The position numbers and the translations under genes are program-made. The notes under the pieces were generated by a model. The model ran no database searches and was not told the DNA's origin. It was given only the letters and a program-made list of their open reading frames with translations. This document shows positions 20,379 to 30,711 of a DNA stretch of 64,000 nt, piece after piece (position 1 is the first letter of the stretch; every line of letters begins with the position of its first letter). Source of the stretch: Endomicrobium sp. Its GTDB lineage: Bacteria; Elusimicrobiota; Endomicrobiia; Endomicrobiales; Endomicrobiaceae. The DNA is taken from positions 1,470-65,469 of the forward strand of contig JAITND010000044.1 of the NCBI GenBank assembly GCA_031290625.1, read 5' to 3'.

Positions 20379-21724
20379 TAAACCAAGAGAAGAACTTTTT
20401 TCAGCGTCTTATTTCAAACGTAGATTGGTATTTAGTTCTAGCGGTAGCTGTTTTGATAGGTATAAGTTTTACGTCCATATATTCTGCGGGCGCAAATTAC
20501 GAAATGTCCTTCAGATATCTTTCAGTGCAGTCTTTGGCTGCTAGCATAGGGTTTGCGGGGTTTTTGCTTCTTACAAGTTTTAACTATCAATATTATAAAC
20601 ATTTGGATAAATTAATTTACGCTTTATCGCTTGTTCTTTTAATTTCAGTTTTAGTTTTTGGTTCCGTAAAAAGAGGCACAAAAGGTTGGTTTGATTTTGG
20701 ATTTATATCTTTCCAGCCCGTAGAGATGGCAAAAATTATGTACATTTTAGTTTTAGCTTCTTTTCTTGACTCAAAAGCTAAAGAATCCAAAAGAGTTTCT
20801 TTTCTAGTTTCAGTTTTTGCCGTACTTTTGGGGCATTTAGCTCTAATAATGACGCAGCCGGATTTTTCTTCAACGCTCTCTTATTTTCCCGTTACGTTGC
20901 TTCTTCTGTTTGCTATAGACGTAGAGACTTTCTATCTGTTGTGCATAATTGTCGGAGCAGGTCTTGCAGTCGGCATTCCTCTTATTAGGACGTTTTTTGA
21001 TATGCAGTTGAAAAGCGCCCAAAACGAAATATTTTTAACCAATCTAGCGTTGTTTTTGAAAAATGGCAACGTTGTTATTTATATTGTTGTTTTGGTATTG
21101 GTTTTAATAATGAGCGGCTGGTGGTTTTTGTGGAAGTTGAGAATTAGAATATCTATAGTTTATCCAGTTGTTTTATGCGGAGCTATAGTTTTGGGTTGTG
21201 CGTCTTCAATGTTTGTAGAAAAATCTCTAAAAGATTATCAAAGGATAAGGCTTGCGGTATTTTTAGATCCGCAGGTTGATCCGAGAGGTTCTGGATATAA
21301 CATCATACAGTCAAAAATTGCTATAGGTTCGGGAAAGTTTGCAGGAAAAGGATTTAAAAAAGGCACGCAAACGCAGCTTGGCTTTTTGCCCGAGCGGCAT
21401 ACGGACTTCATTTTTTCAGTTATAGGTGAAGAAGGCGGTTGGATTGTAGCCCAACTTACGCTTCTTTTTTATTTACTTTTTATTTTGCGCGCGCTTGTTA
21501 TAGCAAAAGAAGCGCGCGATAGATATGGCTCTCTTGTAGCGACTGGCATTGCTACAATGTTTGCATTTTACGCCGTAATCAACATAGGTATGGTTATGGG
21601 CATGATGCCAGTAACGGGAATGCCTTTGCTTCTCTTGTCTTACGGCGGCTCTTCAATTCTTTCATCTCTTTGCGCTATAGGCATATTATGTTCAATACGT
21701 ATGAGAAGACATACTTATAGTTAG
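20375..21724 (+). CDS. rodA: Rod shape-determining SEDS glycosyltransferase RodA
   Basis: FQP.E.AK, GYNIIQSKIAIGSG, LPE.HTDFIF, P.LSYGGSS. Confidence 0.97.
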   Translation: MINQEKNFFQRLISNVDWYLVLAVAVLIGISFTSIYSAGANYEMSFRYLSVQSLAASIGFAGFLLLTSFNYQYYKHLDKLIYALSLVLLISVLVFGSVKRGTKGWFDFGFISFQPVEMAKIMYILVLASFLDSKAKESKRVSFLVSVFAVLLGHLALIMTQPDFSSTLSYFPVTLLLLFAIDVETFYLLCIIVGAGLAVGIPLIRTFFDMQLKSAQNEIFLTNLALFLKNGNVVIYIVVLVLVLIMSGWWFLWKLRIRISIVYPVVLCGAIVLGCASSMFVEKSLKDYQRIRLAVFLDPQVDPRGSGYNIIQSKIAIGSGKFAGKGFKKGTQTQLGFLPERHTDFIFSVIGEEGGWIVAQLTLLFYLLFILRALVIAKEARDRYGSLVATGIATMFAFYAVINIGMVMGMMPVTGMPLLLLSYGGSSILSSLCAIGILCSIRMRRHTYS

Positions 21725-21775
21725 TTAGTATGAAGCCCTCTTGACATGAAAATATGTAATTTGTACTATTATTTT

Positions 21776-22747
21776 ATGAAAACTCTCAGTAAAATTAGAG
21801 CGGAGTTTAAAAAGCGCGTTACTATACTTTTTATTCCTCATGGTAAAAAAAGTCCTTTTAAAGTTACCATTTCTCTAATGGCTATGTGCGTTTTTATGTT
21901 ATCGTGGACTGGCGTAACTGTTTGGTCGGGATACATTGCGGGCAGGCATATTGATTATGCCGCGACAAAAGCCGACAACAAGATAATGAAATTCAGATTT
22001 TTCTTTTTAGCAAACCGTCTTGAAAAGATAGAATCTATGTTTGAACAAACTCAGCGACATGATGAAAAAATCCGCAGACTGCTTTCTCTAAATACGAAAA
22101 AATCTATAATAGAAGAAGGTCTTGGTCAAAATTTTGGCGAAGGCGGACCCGCGCCTGTCAATACAAACATTTTAATGTCAATTCTTTCAGGAAAGTCTGT
22201 TAATTTAAAATATTCGGAGTTGTCTCGGCAAACGGACATTCTCTGTGAAAAGTATAAGTTTATGGAGCGAAGCTATGATGAGATAATAACGCACATAGAT
22301 AAACAGAAGTCTATGTTTATGGCTATGCCCTGCGGTTGGCCTTGCGATGGACGAATAACTTCGGTTTACGGTTTTAGAATGCACCCTATATATTTGGTAA
22401 GGGATTTCCATTCAGGGCTTGATATAGCAAATAAATTGCATACTCCTGTATTTTGTACGGCAAACGGCAGAGTTGTTTATTCAGGTTGGCAGTCAGGTTA
22501 TGGCAATATTGTAGTAGTAGACCATGGTCATAATTACAGAACGGTTTACGGACACCTCTCGAAGAAATTTGTTAAAACGGGATCTTATGTATCAAGAGGA
22601 CAGATAATTGCCGAAATGGGAAATACCGGCTCATCAACAGGTTCGCACTTGCATTACGAAGTTTACTTTAAAGGAAGAGCTGTAAACCCGAAGCAGTATT
22701 TAACGGATTATTTTTTTGCTAAAACTGAGAGGAACGACAATGCTTAA
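21776..22747 (+). CDS. M23-family peptidoglycan endopeptidase
   Basis: N-terminal TM plus coiled coil; FHSGLDIA (HxxxD), YGHL, STGSHLHYEV (HxH). Confidence 0.93.
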   Translation: MKTLSKIRAEFKKRVTILFIPHGKKSPFKVTISLMAMCVFMLSWTGVTVWSGYIAGRHIDYAATKADNKIMKFRFFFLANRLEKIESMFEQTQRHDEKIRRLLSLNTKKSIIEEGLGQNFGEGGPAPVNTNILMSILSGKSVNLKYSELSRQTDILCEKYKFMERSYDEIITHIDKQKSMFMAMPCGWPCDGRITSVYGFRMHPIYLVRDFHSGLDIANKLHTPVFCTANGRVVYSGWQSGYGNIVVVDHGHNYRTVYGHLSKKFVKTGSYVSRGQIIAEMGNTGSSTGSHLHYEVYFKGRAVNPKQYLTDYFFAKTERNDNA

Positions 22748-23115
22748 GAAAAAGGCGAAAAATTTGCTTGACGAAGTAGAGACTCTCATCGGGCGTAATG
22801 CGGCTTTTGAAGGTACTATAAAAACGGATAAAGTTATGCGTATAGACGGTAAAGTTTTTGGAAATATTTACGCCGGAGGCATAATAATAGGCGAAACGGC
22901 TGAAATAACTGGAGATATAGAAAAGTAATGTTATTTTAGTGGGCGGCGCTATAAAGGGAAATATAAACGCTGCGGAAACCATAGAAGTGCTTCCGTCTGC
23001 AAAAATATTCGGAGATATAAAAACAAATGCTCTTGCCATAGCGGAAGGGTCGCAATTCTACGGGAAATCTTCAATGACTATAAAAGAAACAATCAACGGA
23101 GCAGAAACGAAATGA
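22740..23115 (+). pseudogene. Bactofilin (polymer-forming cytoskeletal protein), single +1 frameshift near 22921
   Basis: TLIG....FEG.I.....MRIDG.V.GNI...GIIIGE.AEI.GDI; continues in next frame VILVGG.IKGNINA..TIE.LPSAKI.GDI.T..L.I.EG..F.G to TGA 23113-23115. Confidence 0.88.
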
Positions 23116-23774
23116 TGAACTTTTTCAGAAATCGCATGCGGGCAATTTTTATTGTAACGATAGTAACTTTTTTAGGCGGAATATTTTTTGGAGCTGGGGC
23201 GTACTTATTTAATAAGTCTTCAGACTTTGCCGCTAAAGTAAACGGAGACAAAATCTCTATGAATTTGTTTTATTCAATTTATACAAGTTCAGTGAGAAGT
23301 TTCCAACAAACTGCAAATAAATCTTTAGATGAAAAAGAGTTAAATGAAATTAAAGCGAGAGTTATCCAAACATTAGTTCAAACTGAGCTGTTTTGTCAGG
23401 AAGCTGTAAAATATGGGATTGTTGTCGCCGATGAAGAATTGAAAGCAGATTTACAAAACTCTTTGGAATTTAGAGACGTCGATACTTTTAGCGTGCGCAA
23501 GTATGCGGCGTTTTTAAACGCCGCGCATATGAGACCTAAAGACTATGAAAATCTTAGGAGAAAACAAATAACTGCAAACAAAGTAAAAATGATAATGGCT
23601 TCTTCCGTAAAACTCTGGAATTACGAAGTTGAGTCTAGAGGTAAGCAAAATCATCCTATAAACAAGAACGATTTATTCTTCGCAAAAGTAAATGTAATTT
23701 TAACCGAGTGGTGCGTAAGCGCAATAAGAAATTCAAAGATAATAAGCAACGATCTGATTTTTAAGATCGGTTAA
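23112..23774 (+). CDS. SurA N-terminal domain-like periplasmic chaperone (no PPIase domain)
   Basis: MMNFFR..M, TM, AAKVNG.KIS, L..EA.K.GI.V.D.EL pattern of SurA_N/PpiD N-terminus. Confidence 0.75.
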   Translation: MMNFFRNRMRAIFIVTIVTFLGGIFFGAGAYLFNKSSDFAAKVNGDKISMNLFYSIYTSSVRSFQQTANKSLDEKELNEIKARVIQTLVQTELFCQEAVKYGIVVADEELKADLQNSLEFRDVDTFSVRKYAAFLNAAHMRPKDYENLRRKQITANKVKMIMASSVKLWNYEVESRGKQNHPINKNDLFFAKVNVILTEWCVSAIRNSKIISNDLIFKIG

Positions 23775-23814
23775 AGTAGTTGAGGCGTTTACTTTAAAAT
23801 CAAAGGAGAGTAAA

Positions 23815-24341
23815 ATGAAAAAAGCGCAGGCGGCTTTGTTGGCATTTGGATTGTTTATCGGCGTAGGAGTATCCTTTGCATCTGATCATTTTGGAGAAAT
23901 AACTTAAAAGCAGGATTGAATTTAGATGGAGTACTTCATACAATAGCGACGAAAAAAATCTGCTAATTTTAGCCCCACAGTTGCCCTTGCTGGAGAATTT
24001 TTGTTGCCTGCGCATGATTTGTTAAAAGTTGGCGCCGGTTTAAGCTATACTCTTCCTAAAAAACTCGCGGATGAAACGACGGATACGTATTATTTTTTAC
24101 CGATTTACGCTATAGTTCAGATAAATCCTTTCGCAAATTCAAGCGACGGGGGGAGTCTTTGTAAAAGGAAATCTAGGATTTGGCATAGCTCACAGCGATA
24201 AGGATAAGGCAAAAAATAAAGGCGGTTTTTATCGCGCTTTAGGTTTAGGGTATGAGTTTTCTAAAGGATGAGAAAGAGAAAGATATAAAGAGGTCTTATA
24301 AAAATATTGGAATTAACGTCGGTTACAAATTCAAAATCTAA
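23815..24341 (+). pseudogene. Outer-membrane beta-barrel protein, multiply frameshifted
   Basis: SD AGGAG, signal MKKAQAALLAFGLFIGVGVSFA, fragments KVGAGLSY, FLPIYAIVQINPF, GLGYEF, C-terminal GINVGYKFKI*. Confidence 0.75.
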
Positions 24342-24368
24342 AAATATAAATTTGTAAGTTTTTTAAAA

Positions 24369-24400
24369 GAGGCGCAGATTAAATCTGCGCCTCGGGTTTT
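24369..24400. terminator. Intrinsic terminator hairpin between convergent genes
   Basis: GAGGCGCAGATT/AATCTGCGCCTC inverted repeat flanked by A and T runs. Confidence 0.7.
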
Positions 24401-24504
24401 GTTGTTTGTCGTTTGACGCCTGAGTTTATTGGTTAGGCGCTCTTTTTATTCTTAAGAACTATCATTTTTCAAAATAGAGCCGAGACTGGAAATAATAAAA
24501 TAAC

Positions 24505-25068
24505 CTATAACAAATGGATGTTAAACTTCTTTAATTCTTTTATAAGTTTGATATACGGAAGCCCCGCCGCAGTGTAGTAATCGCCGTAAATCTTATCTAC
24601 AAAACTATCGTTGGAATCTTGAACGGCGTAAGACCCGGCTTTATCCATGTGTTTTCCAAAAAGCCGTTTAAGTTCGGCTTCAGACAGTTTTCTCATTTTA
24701 ACGCAAGCAACGTCGTAAAAAACGGATTCCTTATCTTTGCGTATCAATGTAACGGCGGTATACACTTTATGGATGCTGCCGTTTAATTCTCTAATAATGT
24801 TTTCGGATTCTTTCTTGTCTTTGGGCTTTCCTACAATACGTCCATTTAACGCTACGATGGTGTCTGCAGATATAACCAAACTGTTTGGATATTTATCTGC
24901 TACAAAAAGCCCCTTTTGATAAGCAAGACTTTTTACTAAGTAGGAAGGTTTTATAAGATTCGTTTTTTCGTCAATGCCGCTTGGAACAACGTCAAAAGAA
25001 AGACCCCACTCTTTAAGCAGGGCTATCCTTCTGGGAGAAGCTGAGGCAAGAATAATTTCTTTATGCAT
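24505..25068 (-). CDS. maf: Maf-family nucleotide pyrophosphatase
   Basis: IILASASPRR..LL, ISADTIV, GKP, MDKAGSYAVQ, GLP. Confidence 0.95.
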   Translation of the reverse strand: MHKEIILASASPRRIALLKEWGLSFDVVPSGIDEKTNLIKPSYLVKSLAYQKGLFVADKYPNSLVISADTIVALNGRIVGKPKDKKESENIIRELNGSIHKVYTAVTLIRKDKESVFYDVACVKMRKLSEAELKRLFGKHMDKAGSYAVQDSNDSFVDKIYGDYYTAAGLPYIKLIKELKKFNIHLL

Positions 25069-25072
25069 AATT

Positions 25073-25999
25073 TTACTTTAGGAATTGCAGCAGAACTGCT
25101 TTTTGAGCATGTAGTCTATTTTCAGCTTGCGTAAATATAGAATTTTCATGTTTTGCCATAACGTCTTCCGTTATTTCTTCGCCTCTTATTGCAGGAAGAC
25201 AATGCAGTACTATACATTTTGGAGAAGCCTTTTTAAGCAGTTCAGAATTTACTTGATAAGGCGCAAACAACTTCTTCCTTTTCTTTTCTTCGCATTCAAA
25301 GCCCATGGAAGTCCAAACGTCCGTGTATATTACGTCGGCATTTTCCGCGGCGTTTATATCGTCTGTAACTTTAATTTCAGCTTTGCTCTTTGGAATATAT
25401 TCCAAAGACTTGTTTAATAATTCTTTTCTTGACAGATATTCTTTTGGAGCTATTAAAGTTAAGTCCAGTCCTAAAATTGACGCTATTGCAAGAAGAGAGT
25501 TTGAGATATTATTTCCATCGCCAATATATACGATTTTAATTTTTTTCAACCCTTCAGGCGTTGTTATTTTATAAAATTCCGTCATAGTCATAACATCTGT
25601 CAAAATTTGGCATGGGTGTTCTCGGTCGGTAAGACCGTTTATTACGGGAACAGTCGAATGTTTGGCAAATTCCTCAACGTCAGAATGTTTAAAAGCTCTT
25701 ATCATTAGACCGTCTAAATAACGAGACAATACTATAGCCGTATCATGTATGGATTCGCCTCGCGAACGCTGCATTTTCTCAATGTTAAGAAAAATAGGCG
25801 TTCCGCCAAGTTGAACCATAGCCGCGGCAAAAGAAACCATTGTTCTTGTCGAAGGTTTTTCAAGTATTATGCCCAAAGTTTTGCCTCTGAAAATATCAAG
25901 AGGCGTTCTCTTTTTTTTCAGTTCAAATGCTTTAGCGAGCAATGTTTTAATTTCTTTTGCAGATAGGTCATAAATTGATAATAGATCTCTTTTCGCCAT
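25073..25999 (-). CDS. argF: Ornithine carbamoyltransferase
   Basis: EKPSTRT, HPCQ, DVIYTDVWTSMG, LHCLPA.RGEE, QAENRLH.QKA. Confidence 0.97.
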   Translation of the reverse strand: MAKRDLLSIYDLSAKEIKTLLAKAFELKKKRTPLDIFRGKTLGIILEKPSTRTMVSFAAAMVQLGGTPIFLNIEKMQRSRGESIHDTAIVLSRYLDGLMIRAFKHSDVEEFAKHSTVPVINGLTDREHPCQILTDVMTMTEFYKITTPEGLKKIKIVYIGDGNNISNSLLAIASILGLDLTLIAPKEYLSRKELLNKSLEYIPKSKAEIKVTDDINAAENADVIYTDVWTSMGFECEEKKRKKLFAPYQVNSELLKKASPKCIVLHCLPAIRGEEITEDVMAKHENSIFTQAENRLHAQKAVLLQFLK

Positions 26000-26115
26000 G
26001 ATAAAACTCCATTCCTTATAAGACTAAGACATAGATTTTATCAAAAATATATGCTACAAGCAATTTCAACTTTTGGTTCTTGAATTTATCGCATTTTAGA
26101 AGGGGTATAAGAATA

Positions 26116-26844
26116 ATGGAACTTATAAAGAATGCCGCTATAGCGTTAAAAGATTCAAAATATGCAGTTGCTTTTACTGGGGCTGGTATTTCCGTTGAAA
26201 GCGGAATATCTCCTTTTAGGGGCGAAAACGGAATTTGGAATAAATACGAAGAGAAACTTTTTGAAATAAACTATTTTTCTTCGCATACTAAAGAAGCTTG
26301 GAAAATGCTTTGCGACGGTTTTTACGAAGCGACTCTTAAAGCAAACCCCAATGCCGCCCATATTGCTCTTGCAAAACTTGAACAAAAAGGAATAATTAAA
26401 GCGGTAATAACGCAAAATATTGACAATCTTCATGCAAAAGCTGGTAGTAAAAACGTATATGAACTGCATGGAAATGCGAGCAAGTTAACTTGCATTAACG
26501 ACGCAAGTAAATATTTAGTTCAAGATTTTGATTTAAAAACCGCGCCTTGCTGTGAAAAATGCGGCGCAATGTTAAAACCTGATTTTGTCTTTTTCGGGGA
26601 AACGCTTCCTGAAAAAGACATGCGCAAGTCTATTGAGGCAAGCAGGGAATGCGACGTTATGCTTGTTATAGGTTCTACAGGTATTGTATATCCTGCGGCG
26701 TCTTTACCTTTTGAGGCGAAAAGAAACGGAGCGGTAATTATTGAAATAAATCCAACGCCGTCATCTTTTACAAATGAAATCGCGGATATATTTATTCCAA
26801 TGAAATCCGCAAAAGCCATGTCTCAAGTATTGGTCTTGCTGTAG
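26116..26844 (+). CDS. cobB: NAD-dependent protein deacylase (sirtuin)
   Basis: TGAGISVESG, ITQNIDNLH, ELHG, KPDFVFFGE, VYPAA. Confidence 0.93.
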   Translation: MELIKNAAIALKDSKYAVAFTGAGISVESGISPFRGENGIWNKYEEKLFEINYFSSHTKEAWKMLCDGFYEATLKANPNAAHIALAKLEQKGIIKAVITQNIDNLHAKAGSKNVYELHGNASKLTCINDASKYLVQDFDLKTAPCCEKCGAMLKPDFVFFGETLPEKDMRKSIEASRECDVMLVIGSTGIVYPAASLPFEAKRNGAVIIEINPTPSSFTNEIADIFIPMKSAKAMSQVLVLL

Positions 26845-26894
26845 AAGTCGGCGATTTCTAAAACATGTAATTCATATATGTTTTATTAAATTTC

Positions 26895-26923
26895 TTGACA
26901 TATATATAATAAACTGGTAGAAT
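26895..26923 (+). promoter_or_regulatory. Sigma70 promoter upstream of metN
   Basis: TTGACA-17 bp-TAGAAT. Confidence 0.65.
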
Positions 26924-26957
26924 ACGAGTGGAGTATTTTAGTTTCTAAGAGGAAGCA

Positions 26958-27749
26958 ATGGCGGCGCCGTTTATAGAGATAAAAAATGTCTCTAAGAAAT
27001 TTAAAAATCAAGATAAAGAATTTGAAGTTCTCAAGGGTATAAATTTAGAGATACAGAAAGGCGATATTTTTGGAATTATTGGATTTAGCGGTGCTGGCAA
27101 ATCTACTCTTATTCGCTGTATAAATCGTCTTGAAACGGTTTCTTTTGGCGCAATCCGCATAGGCAATCGCGAAATAGACAAACTTTCCAAAAAAGAGATG
27201 AATCTCTACAGACAAAAAATCGGCGTAATATTCCAACACTTTAATCTTTTTGACTCCAGAACTGTTTACGGCAATGTCGCTTTCCCTTTGGAAGTAGCCG
27301 GTAAAAGCAAGCGGGAAATAGAAAAAAGAGTAACTGAGATTTTAGCGCTTGTAAATATATATGATAAAAAAGATTTTTATCCGGGACAGCTTTCAGGCGG
27401 GCAAAAACAACGCGTTGGTATAGCGAGAGCTTTAGCTAATAATCCCGACATTTTATTAAGCGATGAGGCTACTTCTGCTTTAGATCCCGTAACTTCTCTT
27501 TCCGTGTTAGACATTCTAAAAGACATAAATAAAAATCTCAGGCTTACTATTATTCTAATTACTCATTCTTTAGATGTTATAAAGTATACTTGTAATAATA
27601 TGGCTGTTCTTGAAGACGGCTTGATAGCAGAAAAGGGAAGCGTGAGAGAGATTTTTGCAAACCCTTCAAGCGAAACTACCAAAGTTTTTATAAAGAATAA
27701 CTCCGATTTGGCAAAGTTTGACTATGCGGGCGGAGGCGACGGAATATGA
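26958..27749 (+). CDS. metN: Methionine ABC transporter ATP-binding protein (no NIL domain)
   Basis: GIIGFSGAGKSTLIRCIN.LE, LSGGQKQRVGIARALA, DEATSALDP. Confidence 0.93.
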   Translation: MAAPFIEIKNVSKKFKNQDKEFEVLKGINLEIQKGDIFGIIGFSGAGKSTLIRCINRLETVSFGAIRIGNREIDKLSKKEMNLYRQKIGVIFQHFNLFDSRTVYGNVAFPLEVAGKSKREIEKRVTEILALVNIYDKKDFYPGQLSGGQKQRVGIARALANNPDILLSDEATSALDPVTSLSVLDILKDINKNLRLTIILITHSLDVIKYTCNNMAVLEDGLIAEKGSVREIFANPSSETTKVFIKNNSDLAKFDYAGGGDGI

Positions 27750-28435
27750 GCGAATTTTTAGCGCGAGTTTTTAGTGCTGAAGTATGGGGATATGTTTTGC
27801 CGGCGACATGGCAGACCATTTATATGACGGCTATATCAACTACTATTACAATATCTTTTGGTTTATTTTTTGGAATTTTGCTTTATATTACAGACAAAGA
27901 CGGACTTCGCCCTATGCCTATTTTTAATAAAGTTTTCGGAGCAAGTATAAATTCAGTTTTATCTTTGCCTTCCATGATTGTTGTTATTCTTTTTTTGCCG
28001 TTGTCAAGAGTGATAGTAGGCGCGTCTTATGGTCCAAAAGCCTTTATTGTATCTTTATCTATTGTTTGTATACCTATATTTTCAAGACTGGTTGAGAACA
28101 GTATTCTTGAAGTAGCTAAAGGCAAAGTGGAAGCTGCTAAGGCTATGGGCGCGTCAAACTTGGATATTATTTTCAAAGTCATACTGCCTGAATCTTTGCC
28201 CGCTTTAATAAGGAATTTTGTAGTTCTTACAATAACGCTTATATCAATAACCGCAATCGCTGGTTCTTTTGGAGCCGGCGGGCTTGGCGAGCTTGCCGTG
28301 CGTTTTGGTTACAATAGATACCGTTCGGATATTCTTGCGGCTGTTATTATAGTTCTTTTGGTTGGCGTTGAATGGCTACAGCTTTTTGGCGCTTTTATCT
28401 CAAAGAAAATACTTAAAAAGAGACGTCTCATATAA
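27746..28435 (+). CDS. metI: Methionine ABC transporter permease
   Basis: T.QT.YM, EAAKAMGAS, GAGGLG.LAVRFGY.RY. Confidence 0.92.
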   Translation: MSEFLARVFSAEVWGYVLPATWQTIYMTAISTTITISFGLFFGILLYITDKDGLRPMPIFNKVFGASINSVLSLPSMIVVILFLPLSRVIVGASYGPKAFIVSLSIVCIPIFSRLVENSILEVAKGKVEAAKAMGASNLDIIFKVILPESLPALIRNFVVLTITLISITAIAGSFGAGGLGELAVRFGYNRYRSDILAAVIIVLLVGVEWLQLFGAFISKKILKKRRLI

Positions 28436-28461
28436 AGTCTTGGGTTCTGCAGGAGAGAAAA

Positions 28462-29265
28462 ATGAAAGCAAAAAAGTTTTTTGTATTAGTATGCGCGGTA
28501 TTATTTACGTCATGCGTTGTTGTTTTTGCAGTTGATTCAAAGAAAGTTGTTTTAAAAATTGCGGCCGACGCCGTTCCTCACACAGATATTATTGAATTCA
28601 TTAAACCTGATTTAGAAAAACAGGGAATTACAATAAAGCTCTACGTCGTTGTTGACGCAACCCTTGTAAACGCGCAAACTTCAGATGGAGAGTTAGACGC
28701 CAATTATTTTCAGCACGTTATATATATGGATGCTCAGGCAAAAAACAAAAATTTAAGCTTAGCCAACGCTGGAAATATTCATGTCGAGCCTATGTCTATA
28801 TGCTCTGACAAATATAAATCAATTTCGGATTTCCCTGCAAATGCTAAAATAGCTATTTGTAACGACAGCGCCAACGAATACAGAGGTCTTAAGCTTCTTG
28901 AAAAAGCAGGATTTATACAATTAAAAAAGTCTATAACTCCTGCTATTGCAAGCATACGTGATATTGAGAAATACATAAAACCTATTAAAATTGTTGAACT
29001 TGATCCGTCTTTAGTTACAAGAGTAAGAGATCAGTTTGACGCTTATATAGCGTGGTCTAACAAAGTTTTGGAAGCAGGTATTGACGTAAATAAAGCAAGA
29101 ATCTTCAGTGAAGATGCAGATTCTCCATATGCCAACATAGTTGCCGTAAGCCCCAAGAGGCTCAATGACCCGGCTATTAAAGCTTTGGTTAACGCTCTAA
29201 AATCCGATAAAGTGAAAAAATTCATTGCAGGAAAATACAAAGGCGCAGTTATGCCTGCAAAGTAA
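28462..29265 (+). CDS. metQ: MetQ/NlpA-family substrate-binding protein
   Basis: VPH..I, GELDANYFQH, HVEPM, ND..NE.R.L.LL, SPYANIVAV. Confidence 0.92.
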   Translation: MKAKKFFVLVCAVLFTSCVVVFAVDSKKVVLKIAADAVPHTDIIEFIKPDLEKQGITIKLYVVVDATLVNAQTSDGELDANYFQHVIYMDAQAKNKNLSLANAGNIHVEPMSICSDKYKSISDFPANAKIAICNDSANEYRGLKLLEKAGFIQLKKSITPAIASIRDIEKYIKPIKIVELDPSLVTRVRDQFDAYIAWSNKVLEAGIDVNKARIFSEDADSPYANIVAVSPKRLNDPAIKALVNALKSDKVKKFIAGKYKGAVMPAK

Positions 29266-29282
29266 ATATTTAGCTTTTATTT

Positions 29283-29322
29283 AAAACGACAGCCTATCTT
29301 TAAATGTTAGACAGTCGTTTTT
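29283..29322 (+). terminator. Putative terminator after metQ
   Basis: AAAACGAC...GTCGTTTT imperfect hairpin with T-tail. Confidence 0.4.
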
Positions 29323-29438
29323 ATTTTGTATACTTGTAATCATTTATTTCTGTAAAGTATTTGAAATAGATATGGAGATATACTATAGCCTATAATACAT
29401 ATATGTTTATATGTATTAAATTACAAGGAGATGTCAGT

Positions 29439-30635
29439 ATGCAGAAGTTTTTAAGCAGTCTGCCGGCAAGACTTATTTTTAGTATGGTAATAGGAATTGC
29501 CGTAGGCTGTATTGCGAACGTTTACTTAATGCAAGTTGTTGTTACCATTCAAAGTATTTTGGGATCTTTTATATTTTTCTGCGCGCCGTTAATTATTATA
29601 GGCTTTATTGCGCCTTCAGTCGCAAGATTAGGGCAAAATGTTTCAAATGTTTTGGCATTTGCATTTGTTTTAGCGTATGTTTCAAGTATAGGCGCTGCGT
29701 TTATGTCTTGCTTTAGCGGATTTGAAATTATACCTCGTTTGAATATAAGCTCTAGCGTCGTTCAATCAAAGGTATTGCCTAAGGCTATATTCGAGTTAGG
29801 GCTTCATCCTATTATGAGCGTGATGAGCGCTTTAGTGATTTCTGTTTTGACGGGCATTGCCGTATGCTGGAATAAATCTACGACAACCGTTAGTTTACTT
29901 GAAGAATTTCATAAAATTATTCTTTCAATAGTAACAAAAATTGTTACGCCTATTTTACCATTTTTTGTAGCTTTTACATTTTGTTCTTTGGCATATGAGG
30001 GAGTTATTACAAAACAGTTGCCCGTTTTTGCAATAGTTGTCTTGATTGTAATCATAGGGCATTATATTTGGCTTACAGTTCTTTATACAATTGCCGCTAT
30101 ATACTCAAAAAAGAGTCCATTTCGTGTTTTAAAGTATTATGCGCCCACATATCTTACGGCTGTAGGCACAATGAGTTCTGCCGCAACCCTTCCTGTAGCT
30201 TTAGAAAGCGCAAGAAAATCCGACGTTTTGCGTAAAGATATGGTGGATTTTGGAATACCTCTTTTTGCAAATATTCATGTTTGCGGTTCTGTGCTTACCG
30301 AGGTTTTCTTTGTGATGGTTGTTTCTCAGGTATATTACGGAGCATTGCCTTCTGTTGAGACAATGGTTTTGTTTTGTTTACTACTTGGAGCGTTTGCCGT
30401 TGGGGCCCCAGGCGTTCCAGGCGGTACGGTAATAGGGTCGCTTGGTCTTATTATAAGCGCGTTAGGTTTTGATAATAGCGCGATAGCTCTTGTGCTTTCA
30501 ATATTTGCTTTGCAAGACAGTTTTGGCACAGCCTGCAATGTTACTGGCGATGGGGCGTTAACGCTTATTCTTACAAAATTTGTTGAAAGTCATAAAAACG
30601 ACGCGGCAAGCATTAAAGCGGAGACTTTCAACTAA
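29439..30635 (+). CDS. Dicarboxylate/amino acid:cation symporter (DAACS)
   Basis: TMSSAATLPV, PLFANIH.CGS, GAPGVPGG, QDSFGTACNVTGDG. Confidence 0.93.
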   Translation: MQKFLSSLPARLIFSMVIGIAVGCIANVYLMQVVVTIQSILGSFIFFCAPLIIIGFIAPSVARLGQNVSNVLAFAFVLAYVSSIGAAFMSCFSGFEIIPRLNISSSVVQSKVLPKAIFELGLHPIMSVMSALVISVLTGIAVCWNKSTTTVSLLEEFHKIILSIVTKIVTPILPFFVAFTFCSLAYEGVITKQLPVFAIVVLIVIIGHYIWLTVLYTIAAIYSKKSPFRVLKYYAPTYLTAVGTMSSAATLPVALESARKSDVLRKDMVDFGIPLFANIHVCGSVLTEVFFVMVVSQVYYGALPSVETMVLFCLLLGAFAVGAPGVPGGTVIGSLGLIISALGFDNSAIALVLSIFALQDSFGTACNVTGDGALTLILTKFVESHKNDAASIKAETFN

Positions 30636-30711
30636 AAAAATACTAGAATCGGACTTGAGTCGGGTTGTTAAACAGATACAGGAGACGGAAACTTGTTACG
30701 GGGGTTATAAA

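Noticed and set aside
30580-30711. 44-aa N-terminal extension of the porin overlapping the DAACS gene
   Set aside because: ORF-caller artefact; GTG 30712 gives a normal signal peptide.
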